DNA from: Spirogloea muscicola
Lineage: Eukaryota
Assembly: GCA_009602725.1 (NCBI GenBank)
Contig: WELB01000013.1
Location: 236,638 to 256,637, forward strand
Direction: 5' to 3'
DNA: 20,000 bases
Below are positions 1-9,145 of this stretch, one piece after another. Below the pieces are notes generated by a model. The model was not told the DNA's origin. It saw nothing but the letters and a program-made list of their open reading frames with translations, and ran no database searches. The translations under genes and the position numbers were made by a program. How positions within the stretch are numbered: the stretch's first letter is position 1; each line of letters starts with the position of its first letter.

Positions 1-1895
1 CGACCGCAAGCTGCTACTGCCAGTGCTTCCGCTGCCAAGCCGCCAGCGTGTGCAACCTGCCAGCTGCGGGAGGTCCAGGATGGCGCCGCACCCGCTCCAC
101 TGGTCCATATTGGGGCCCACATCAGGTCAAGCAATCAGCAAGCTCTTGGACTTTGCTGTATTTCCTGCAATCCTGAGGACTACGGTGGGGCAGCGGCTGA
201 TTCATGGCAAATGAAGTGCTTGCGGGCAGATTGATTACCTTGGACTCAACAACAACGACACGAGTGACGGAGCTTCGCTGCACCACATCCATGGCAATGG
301 CATCAGCTGAAGGGAAGAGGACCACGGTCGAAGTGGGGTCAAAATGTGGGACGGTACTGCCATTGCCCTCCACTGCGTCGTGGACCTCCACCTGCCCGGG
401 GCAGAGTATCGCCGCCTGCACGCCCGTGCTCATCGTCCGACTCTCCCGCTTGTGCAGCACACTGTCCATGATGCGGCATCTCCAAGTTAGGTGTGCCATA
501 GTCAGGCCACACCCGAACTTCGGGCTTGCTTGCACGCAGGCCGCACCAAAGGCCAGAGGCAGCCCCTCATCTGCTTGACATTTCAAATCTAAATCCTGAC
601 CCTGACCCCATTTCAGACTGTGGATCTGCTACTGCAAGGACCTTGGGAGCGTGGCATCAGCTAGGAGCGAAAGACTGCTACAGAACTTTTCAGCACCACC
701 ACAGTGTGGGGCATCAACTGAACTATGCGGTGCATCACCTGCCGCAACTCCCATACCAAACCCATAAAAGCAGCTAAGTGCGTGCTGCTTCGAGCAGACC
801 GGCCAGACGAGCAGAAAAGCAGAGGATACGAGAGCTAGCAGACAGCATTGCCAGCAGCTCCTTGGGCCAAGGAAAACGGTGACAGCGACTGCAGGAGAGG
901 CGCAGTGGCAACTCAGGGAGCTTGCGGATGAGGGCAAATGCATAACGTGACAGGAGTGGCCTCAGTCCGTCCTAGAACGCTTGTCGACATTGAAGGCGCA
1001 GAGGCCCGCATCCGACATATGCTTGTCAGATACGTTGTTTCGTCGTCATCGGCCACGCCACGAGCACCTCAAGCTCAAGACCACTCTCGTCAGGTCCCCC
1101 TAGACTCTGGCCCCTTCGCCTGGGTGAGAATACAACCACGCCGCACCTACCAGCAAAGAACTTGTGGGCTCTGACTACCGCAAAGCTCGCAACAGCTGCT
1201 CACACCCGGTAAGGCTTTACGACACTCAAACAGGGGCTGTGCATGCAGCCTGCATTAGGCTTGGAATCAGGCCCATCTTTGGGCGTGCCGGAAAGCGGTC
1301 ACTCCTCCACTGCGATCCCCGCCGGCCAGAAGCAGTGGGCGAGCCGCGCAGCGGCAAGCGAGGCCTTGCTGTGGCACTACCGAATCAGCTGTAAGAGCCG
1401 CCAGCGAAGGATGGAGCGAAGAAAGCGCCGGCGGCTACTTCGACACGAGGCTCGGGCTTGCGAGGGTGCGAAGCGGCTTACTCCGGACGTACATGTCAAC
1501 TCGCAGCGGCAGGGCCACGCACGGGACGCCGTCGGTCAAGGCCTGCGGCAGCGGCGGCGACGGCGGCGGCAGCGGCGGCAACAGCAGCGGCGCCGTCAGC
1601 GGTGCAGCAGCAACGATAGGCGCGGGATGGCAGGGCTTGAGGGGTAAGAAGCAGAGGGTTAAAGCTCCAGAGCGGCGGAGGACTTGGGGTTTTCCGGGTT
1701 CTACTGGATCTGGGCAAAGCGATACCAGGAGGCAGGTCGCGCAGAAGAAGCGGCGCGAGATGCCGCAGCCGGGGCAGCGCGGCCGCGCGCCCGCGGCTGC
1801 CGCGGCGCGCTCGAGCGGCGCCGCGNGCCCGCCGAGAGCGGCGGCGGCTCCGCCGGCGGCGGCTCCGCCGGCGGCGGCTGCGTCGTGGAGCCCAT
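1..1895 (-). CDS. DTWD1: DTW-domain protein (tRNA-uridine aminocarboxypropyltransferase, DTWD1-like), 3'-partial, at least 4 exons
   Basis: Hand-spliced exons 1895-1726, 1542-1493, 461-239 and 99-<1, all GT..AG with consistent phases. Protein: MGSTTQPPP...RPRCPGCGISRRFFCATCLL|ALTDGVPCVALPLRVDI|VLHKRESRTMSTGVQAAILCPGQV...VVLFPSADA...VVVVESK|WSGCGAILDLPQL. This matches the DTWD1 pattern (CxxC-SR-xCxxC, LPxxxDI..H..E...ST). A single n at 1826 coincides with a frame change, probably an assembly gap. Confidence 0.85.
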
Positions 1896-2041
1896 GGGCG
1901 AGTAGGGAACCCAGAACCTCGGCGAGGTGGTGTGTGGGCGCCAGCTCCCGTCAGCGTGCACCCGACGACATGACGCCCGGCGGCTGGTGACGCCCCGCCC
2001 CGGAGTAGCTGCCTGGGCGCCGGCCCCGGGCTCTCTACGGC

Positions 2042-2070
2042 CCCTTGCCCCCATTGGGAGAGCCACTTCT
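2042..2070 (+). mobile_element. 29-nt retroposon 3'-terminus insertion with 8-bp TSD
   Basis: cccttgcccccattgggagagccacttct is flanked by tctacggc (2034-2041 and 2071-2078). The same terminal sequence occurs in reverse at about 9104-9128 and 7580-7600. Confidence 0.75.
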
Positions 2071-2255
2071 TCTACGGCGGACCACCGGCTCTTGGGCCTC
2101 CTCCCTCCCTGCCTCGTGGGCGTCACTCAATGCGAGTGCGGTGCCCGTCACGTTGATCCTGCGGAGCTGGCCGCACACATGCTCCGTTGCGCACATGGGG
2201 GCGAGCGGACCGCTTCCCACGACCTCCTGCGAGATGGTATGCAGGAGGTGTTTTC

Positions 2256-2281
2256 AGAGAAGTGCGCGCCCATAGAGAAGA
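2256..2281 (-). mobile_element. 26-nt retroposon 3'-terminus insertion with 8-bp TSD
   Basis: The reverse complement tcttctctatgggcgcgcacttctct matches the copy A terminus at 3186-3215. It is flanked by gtgttttc (2248-2255 and 2282-2289). Removing it restores the host frame EVFSEAGFKVAVE. Confidence 0.85.
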
Positions 2282-2313
2282 GTGTTTTCGGAGGCTGGCT
2301 TTAAGGTCGCGGT

Positions 2314-2512
2314 AGAAGGAAGCGGCTGCTGATAGTAAAAGAGCGGCTGTGAAAGCCAGCCAGATGCATACAGGTGTTCATGACGGAGCCACAGGCTAGG
2401 CAGCCAGGGCGCTCTTAGTAACCCCGTGTCAGCAGTAGGAAGTCAGATGAGCTGAGGGGAGGAAGAGCAACCCCGCTGCGCAAGCCAGAGGCTGCTGCAA
2501 GGGCACGACCAG
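2314..2512 (-). mobile_element. 199-nt antisense insertion (ORF end plus 3' UTR) of a related subfamily with TSD
   Basis: The minus strand encodes GRALAAASGLRSGVALPPLSSSDFLLLTRGY* (stop 2415-2417), then a ggctggctttcacagcc hairpin and a ...gccgcttccttct end. It is flanked by cgcggt (2308-2313 and 2513-2518). Confidence 0.85.
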
Positions 2513-3220
2513 CGCGGTGGAATATTCCTCCATAATGCCCATCCAGCTGGGCGCGGACGGCCAGCCCCATACACGACGCGCCGACCTGGTCGCCATCCCG
2601 CCCGGCGGCGGTCCCCACATCGTCGTTGATGTGGTGACAACTGACTGCATCAACTCCGCCAATCCCACCAGATCGGCGTCGTTTGCAGGGCACGCGGTCG
2701 GCCATGCGGCCCGGGGCAAGGAGCGCAAATATGCTGATCACCCGGTTGGGGATGAATTCGCGGCCCTGGCGATGGATGTACACGGGGCTTTCGGCAGCCG
2801 CTGGCTGGATCTCCTTCAGCGGCTTGCCCGCCAGGCCATTGACCGGCGGCCGGGTCTGCCAGGGGCGATGCCCGGCTTCAACGCAGCCGGTTCGCTCGCA
2901 CAAGTCTTCCGCATGCGCCTGGCCGTATCGCTTCAACGCTCCCTTGCCCACGCCGTCCACACGCGAGCAGGCCGTGCTATGGCCGCCGCCTCTGGGTCTC
3001 CGGCGGAGTGCCTCTTTCCCTGCAGCGAGCTACTCAGACCTGATGTTGCTCACTCGTGGGTACTGAGCTTCCCTCCGTATCGTCTATGTGTTTTGCAGTG
3101 TTTTGTAGTGTAGTCCTTTTTCCGGCTCCTCTTTCTTTGGCTTTGGACATTGTCCATTCTTTTTGGGCTGGCTTTGCTTAGCCCCTCTTCTCTATGGGCG
3201 CGCACTTCGTTCTCTACTGT

Positions 3221-3780
3221 ACTTGTCCATTCCCATGGGCTGGCCTCTCACAGCCACCAGTCGATTGGGCCGCGCTTTCCTCTACTGTGCCTCTGTACTT
3301 AGGCCATTTTGGCCTTCGTTTGTTTCAAATACACGAAGCTTTTCCACTGCCTTCGCGCCATTTTGCGCCTTCCGGCCCATCGGATCTTGTCATTCTTTTT
3401 GGGCTGGCCTTTCCCACTGAGCATCCCTCTGCATCATCATTAATCAGCAAGCGCGGCCAGATTAACGGGTGGCTGGGAGAGGCAAGCCCAAAGGAATGGA
3501 TAAGGTCTGAAGGAGCCGGAGTGCCTACATTATTATTGGTGTGTAACCTTGTCTTTTTCTTTGGATTTGGACATCGTCCATTCTTATTTGGGCTGGCTTT
3601 GCTAGCCCCCCCTTGCTGGACTTCATATACTCGCCCAACCATGCCGAGGGACGTCGTCCAGCAGCACGGCGAGAGAACTCTTCCAGAGACCGGACTGCTT
3701 GCGTTTGATAGTCGCATGCGCTTGTTGGACCTATGGAGAGGGCCTAGGCCAATGCTAGCCGGCCGTGCTCTTGTTGCTGC
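3221..3780. mobile_element. Stack of short retroposon 3'-end fragments (both orientations) plus a degenerate ORF-end remnant
   Basis: Repeated ttgtc(c)attc..gggctggc.. units at about 3222-3279 (TSD ctctactgt at 3212-3220 and 3280-3288), 3387-3420, 3470-3520 (minus) and 3570-3612. A second terminal type ggccattttggccttcgtttgtttcaaa starts at 3302. An RMRL..AGRALVAA remnant lies at about 3710-3780. Confidence 0.7.
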
Positions 3781-4330
3781 GTTTGTCTATCGCATGTGGT
3801 AATTAATTGCACTGGCATGTTTGGTTGACAACTCACTCTCCTTTCGCCTGGCCTACCTCAGGCACCGTCCTTTTGGAAGGGGTCTCTGCAAGGCCAGTCA
3901 GCACCGAGTCAATGGTCAGGCCGTTCCTTGGCAGCTGGCCGCGTCCAGCCACCCCACAAGACTATGCAAAACTAATGAGGCCGTACACACTTTACTCATC
4001 CAACTGCTTCATGCATACTCTCTGAGACATCTACGTGTCTACTCAGATGATTCTACATAAATATTGCACAAAGGTCGTCTGTAGTCTGCACATGACACGT
4101 CCAAGAAAGGCTGCATCCGCCTTCTTCCTAGTCCACACTGGCGAAGTGACTGGAACGATCCAAAACATTGGAAATCTGGACTGGCGGTGTGGTCTTTTAC
4201 GTCTTCGTTGCAGCTGTTTACTGCTGCAACTTTGCATGCTTCCATTACGAGATGATCGAGTAATGCATAGCTCCATTCAAGGTACTACCCCATACCAAAT
4301 CAGGAATAGTCTACCAATATCAATTGTTGA

Positions 4331-7025
4331 TCAATCCTTGGCATCGGTGATGCCGCCATTTGTGATCTGGTAGGTGCACTCAGCCTCAGGTAGGCTTGGA
4401 GCATCGTAAACCTTGCAGATCCGCTGCTCACCTTTCCCTTTTCTCAGCATTAGCCTCACAGTCGAGGCGTGGGCAAGGACATGCCCACCTGCCGGCTTCT
4501 TCGGATCAGCAACGAATGTTCCACCGCCAGGATCAGCAATCACTGCAAATGACGGATTGAGGAGGTCAGAGCCTGCAGCTCCTGTCAGTGCAGGCTTGGT
4601 TTAAGAAAAAGTTCAATACTGTCGGCCATGCTTCATGCACACCTTGGTTGGTAATGAATACTGCCACATTGAATTCCTCAGCAATTTTTATCAGCCTGGA
4701 GAGCATCTGCGCCAACTTTTGCTGCAAACATGATGTGCATTTATTAGTAATACTGCTGAGCCTGGAAACGTCAAGCTGTCACTGTCAATCCCAGCCCAAG
4801 CAGCACCGTTGTTGTGGTCTCACAGACCTGGCGCTCAGCAAGCTCTCCACGCCCCGAGAAGTCAACACGGAAGAGAGCTGTGATTGAGTCAACTACCTGC
4901 AAGGTCAACAAGTGAGAGCTGTTGAAGAGCACGTCTCTTCAGTAGCAGATGTGAAAGCTTTTGTGCAAGGGATTCCTGACTATGCATACGGCAGACAGCC
5001 ACGCAGGTCAGAAAAGGTACCAGGAGCTTGAAGGGTTCCTCCGACATTTTGGCAGCCAATCCTAGGAGAAGGTTGAATTGGTGTTCATGTGTGTACGCTC
5101 TAGCATACACTATCTGAGAATTCTCAGAGGCAGTGGACCAGTATCATTGTCAGATACTCCTATAAGATACACCTGAACCCTGAACCGCTCCACAGAACGT
5201 GACCCACGAGGGTCTGGTCAAAGTGCTTACATTATCAAGCACAGCACTCGCGTCCAAGCCAAATCTTTCTGCAATTGGCACAATGCGCTCTGGACGGCTG
5301 CGGGCGGCTAAGGCAAGTGTGACTGGTGCCAAGTACTACCAAAGGTCTTCATGTAGAGGCTTGAGATGCTAAAATTCCGAAAAATTCTTTGTACTCATCA
5401 CCAAGCCACAGAGTATAGATAGAAATGACAGACATCATAGCATGTCTCGCACTGACTCGTTAGAGGATACAAAGTTCCTTCGGTGTCGACGTACGCAACC
5501 TTGCCATTCCCTCCATTCATTGACAAAGGTAACTGACAAGTCACATTTGAAGATGTTGCTCAGCAGCAATTAACATCTTAAGATGATGCACGATTAGTGA
5601 TGCGACAATAAGCCCACAGCTGCTTTTTGGCAGCAGAAAATGTTGCACCCACAATAAAAACATGACAAGAGGACGGCTCCGTACTTGGGTTGACACGCAT
5701 AGAGTGTGTGCGATCTGTGTCTTCCCAGTCCTGCACAGTGGAGAAATTAGATTGCAAGATGTGAAGTATCAAGAATGGACAGTCATATCAGTAGACTATC
5801 TACCCAGCACAGGCAATGCACAAGATACATGATTACACACCATGCGATCTGTTCCAGCAACAATCCAATCTCCAACTTAATTCCTCGAATTTGTGGCACT
5901 TGTGGTAAGAGTGCAGGGAACTAGCTTAGTACCTGAACTCGCCAAATGCTTCTGTGATAGACATGGTTTCAATACCTCCTGCACACTTGCTGTGAACAAT
6001 TTATTTCTCAAACAGATCATTGACAGCAGTGCCACAATGCCATAAATGCGGCCGTAAAATCGCGCATGTGACACGAGGATGGCAACTAGCAAGCAAGCCC
6101 TTACCTCCGAGCAACTCATCAAATGCTGAACTTCCTGTGGTTATTTTGACGACTGCTTTTCTCTGGACGGGGCCACTGAAGCAGATCTGAGGGCCTATGC
6201 TTATACTTCAAAGCTCAGCCTTCTGTATAAGTGCAACAATGCCATGCTAAATGGCTCCTAGAACTGATAAACTGCTGACCTTATGCTTAACATCTTTGTC
6301 TAGACTGACCTTGTTTAGTATTTCGGTGCCTGTCGAGTAACCAAGGTTCTGCCACAGACGTATATGTCAGTGTCAAATACAGGTTGGAAAAAGCGTAAGC
6401 AGATAACATATATTTATCTGCCCTACACGCGTAGAAGCAGTATGGCAAGCTGGAACTTACAACTAGCTTCTCTGAGGCTTCCAGGATCTTGTCGACCTTT
6501 GCTTCTGAGAGACCCTTAATGTTGCAAAGAGCCTGAATCAACGGCGGGCGAACAGGCCTTCAGTGCCAAAGCAATGACTCAACAAAGACAATGAAAAGCC
6601 AATGAGACATTCTCGCCAGTTGAGTCTCCCTGGTGTGTGCCTTCATGCGTCTAGTGACTAACGTGAGTCATGTTATGCCAGCTTCTTCACACCTTTTTGG
6701 TTCTCATCATTAGTCCATTGCATGTGAAGATACCAGCCTCCTGCAGCTTCTTGACATCGCCAGCGTTTATGCCATGCGCTGTTACTGCAGATCAAGAATG
6801 AAGATGCAGCGTTGCCTGTGCGGAAGTGCGCCGTACGTTGATGAGGTGTTGGATATAGGGTGTTATGCATGCAAAGCTGGCATCAGTCGAATAGAGGAGC
6901 TCTGTGGTATCCTGAGGGGCTCTGAGCCAGTGAGTTCGTGTCAAACGCTTGTCAATGGGCTCGAAGCAGTCTTCCTCCTCGTCTGACTCGTGCTTGAGGC
7001 CCTTGTCTTCCATTTGCGCGGCCAT
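4331..7025 (-). CDS. DMC1: Meiotic recombinase DMC1, 13 exons, 337 aa, intact
   Basis: Exons 7025-6947, 6784-6693, 6532-6461, 6348-6310, 6162-6105, 5978-5933, 5730-5685, 5532-5471, 5297-5231, 5113-5021, 4896-4828, 4721-4643 and 4542-4331 total 1014 nt, all GT-AG and in frame. Walker A is GEFRTGKT and Walker B is LLVVDS. DMC1-type segments are [49 protein letters not shown] and [16 protein letters not shown], whereas RAD51 has GGNIMAHAS. Confidence 0.97.
5298..5470 (-). other. Putative U12-type (minor spliceosome) GT-AG intron in DMC1
   Basis: The donor reads TT|GTATCCTC (U12 consensus RTATCCTT). A branch-like TGCCTTAGC (consensus TCCTTAAC) lies about 10 nt before CAG, and there is no polypyrimidine tract. 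Confidence 0.65.
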
Positions 7026-7473
7026 GGATGAAGACAGGTCAGCCGCGCGCGGCTGCCAGCGCCTGGCCGGTCCCGCCGTAGTCCTCCGGGCTGATCACGT
7101 CGCAAGGCCAAGCGGACTGACTGGCGGGCCAGCAGAATGGCCACCGGTGCGACGGCGCCTGCCCGATTGGCGGCGTCTGCGGCGGAGATGCGCAGGCCTC
7201 TGGCAAGTACGTGCGCCAGATCGCGGCGGCGGCGGCGGCGACGGCGGCGGCGGCGGCGATTTACCTCCTGGCCGGGCGCGGTGCTGACGATGGGCGGGGT
7301 ATCGAGCTGGATCTCAGCCAGTCAGTCCAGCCAGTGGCCCATCAGGCCCGCTACAGTGGGGAGAGGGGAGCTGCTGGTGCCCGTCGGATCGTGCACTGCA
7401 TCGGACGGCATCGGGACGACCCGCACTGGAAGCCTGAGCCTGCAATAATAACCTTTTTCCTAAGAAATTCGAA

Positions 7474-7650
7474 CCTTGTCAATTCTTTCGGGCTGGCTTT
7501 TCACAGCCCTTGCCCCCCTTTGGGAGTGCCTCCTCTCTGATCCCGCCCGTAACGACGACGAAACAGCGCGTCCAAATTGAGAAGAAGTGGCTCTCCCAAT
7601 GAAAGATTTCCGTGTCTTTGAAACAATCGAAGGCCAAAATGGCCAAGTAC
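7474..7650. mobile_element. Tail-to-tail retroposon 3'-end fragments upstream of DMC1
   Basis: Plus fragment ccttgtcaattctttcgggctggcttttcacagcccttgccc...tcctctct spans 7474-7538. Minus fragments lie at 7580-7600 and 7601-7650; the latter closely matches the reverse complement of 3295-3344. Confidence 0.75.
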
Positions 7651-7692
7651 AAATGCAAGCACATCTTATGACGTAGTAGCTAGCATCTAGCA

Positions 7693-7980
7693 GCTTCTAG
7701 AGCTGCTAGAGTAGGAGTAAGGCAGCAGCAAAGGTAGGAGGAGGGATGGCCGGGGGGGAGAGAAGGGCCGGCAGTGCCCCTGGAGGCCTTTCCTGCGTCC
7801 GCTTCTGGAGCTGCTAGAAGAGTGAGGCAGCAGCAGTGGCAGGAGGAATGGAGGGGGAGAGAAAGAGGGCCGGAAGTGCAGAAGGGAGTGGGGCCTTGTC
7901 GACCTGTCCTGCTGGAGCTGCTAGAAGGAGAGTGGGGCAGCAGCAGTGGCAGGAGGGATGGCAGGGGAAGGGGAGAATCT
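7693..7980 (+). repeat. Diverged tandem repeat, about 3 x 107-108 bp, purine-rich
   Basis: The core ct(g/a)gagctgctaga..agt..ggcagcagca..gg..ggagg.atgg recurs at 7697, 7805 and 7912. Confidence 0.75.
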
Positions 7981-8794
7981 CCCCTCAATGACGCCCTCAC
8001 ACTCCCGGACGAGGTGTTTCGCAGTGCCGTCCACCGGCTCCTGGGCCTGCCGCCACCATGTCTCCAGGGTGTGCAACAGTAAATGTGGCGAGCGAGGGGC
8101 CGAGCCTGGGGAGCTGGCCGCTCATGTTCTGCGCTGTTCCCACGGCGGAGAGCGGACAGCGGCCCACAACCGTCTCCGGGATGCGATGCATGGCATCCTT
8201 GTGGAGGCCGGCTTCTCAATGGCAGCCGAGAACTCCGCCGTCATGCCGCTCCAGCAACGGGCCGACGGTCTCGACGCGAAGAGCGCGTCTCCACGCTCTT
8301 CGCGTCGACCTTGTGGCCACTGCACCAGCCGGCGGGCCACGTCTTCTCCTGGACGTGGTGACCACTGACTCGTATGACCGCTCACACCCAGCCCAGTGTG
8401 CCACCAAGGCTGGGTATGCGGTAGCCTGCGTCGCTCGGGCCAAGGAGCTAAAATACGCAGATCACCCGCGGGAAGACGAGTTTTTCCCGCTCGCCATCGA
8501 TACGCACGGGGCGCTGGGCGCTCGGTGGCTCGAGCTGCTCAACCAGGTCTCACGCCACGCCATTGTCCGCCGCTTCCATGGGGAGCCGGTGGACTCCCAC
8601 GCAGCAGGGTCGCTAGCGCAGGTGTACCGCATGCGCTTGGCCGTCTCGCTGCAGAGGTCTATGGCCCGCGCGCTGCACCTGCGTGCAGGCAGAGCCCTCG
8701 CTGCTGCCTCTGGCTCTGGCCAGGGAACCCGCTTCCAGGAACCCAGTCTCTCTGACCTGAGGCTGCTTAGCAGGGGTTACTGAGTGCTTCGTAG
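7978..8794 (+). mobile_element. 5'-truncated CRE-like RLE retrotransposon, copy B (second subfamily), frameshifted
   Basis: LTLPDEVFRSAVHRLLGLPPPC / KCG..ELAAHVLRCSHGGERTAAHN / RVDLV..LLLDVV..KELKYADHP..FFPLAIDTHGALG..RMRLAVSLQRS..SDLRLLSRGY* (stop 8781-8783), spread over three frames. Confidence 0.88.
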
Positions 8795-9145
8795 AGAAAG
8801 GCCGAAAGTGCCGCTGAGGGCCTTGTTGACCTGGCCTGCGCCCCCCATGGGGGCTGAAAGCCAGCCCGAAAAGAAGTGACAAAGGTTCGAAGGGGCCAAA
8901 TAACGGAGGGGCCTAAAACGCTTTGTCAGAACGGATGTAGGATAGGAACTGAGAGCAGTGGCTGTCAGAGGAGAAGGCGCGCGGTGCGCATGAAAATGAA
9001 ATAGAGGCCAATTCTGGCCTTACAAATGTCCTTTTAACTGGGTAATGAGCTGGCTAAGGGGGCTATCAGAAGAAGGGATCGCCCATTGAGAACAGGGGAA
9101 GCAGTGGCTCTCCCAATGGGGGCAAGGGGCTATGAGGCCAGCCCG
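8795..9145 (-). mobile_element. Minus-strand retroposon 3'-end fragments
   Basis: gggctgaaagccagcccgaaaagaagtgacaaagg (about 8851-8885) and gtggctctcccaatgggggcaaggggctatgaggccagccc (9104-9144) are reverse copies of the terminal hairpin unit. Confidence 0.65.

Larger units (their letters stand above)
1955..3215 (+). mobile_element. 5'-truncated CRE-like RLE non-LTR retrotransposon, copy A, interrupted by three nested insertions
   Basis: Encodes PGVAAW.., HRLLGLLPPCL, a CCHC-type knuckle CECG...HMLRC..GGERTASHD, RLE motifs RRADLV...IVVDV, KERKY, MDVHGAFG, RMRLAVSLQRS, and C-terminal SDLMLLTRGY* (stop 3064-3066). The 3' UTR ends ...cacttcgttctct at 3215. It is collinear with the copy at 9146-10595. 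The 5' boundary is approximate. Confidence 0.85.

Noticed and set aside
1826..1826. Frameshift making DTWD1 a pseudogene
   Set aside because: The shift coincides with an ambiguous n in a very GC-rich stretch, most likely missing sequence.
4331..7025. RAD51 rather than DMC1
   Set aside because: The diagnostic segments ([34 protein letters not shown]) are DMC1-type.
7485..7510. Hammerhead or HDV ribozyme in the terminal hairpin (antisense ctgtga...gaaa)
   Set aside because: It lacks the CUGAnGA core and three-stem junction, and I could not build a consistent nested pseudoknot across copies.
7137..7540. Short GC-rich ORFs upstream of DMC1
   Set aside because: They are driven by a (GGC)n microsatellite, show no recognisable domain and run into repeat sequence. 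This is probably promoter DNA; a CCAAT on the minus strand at 7166-7170 is too weak to call.
3295..7650. DMC1 captured in a DNA transposon with terminal inverted repeats
   Set aside because: The inverted 50-mers are dispersed retroposon termini (a third copy is at 13255) and no flanking TSD or transposase is evident.
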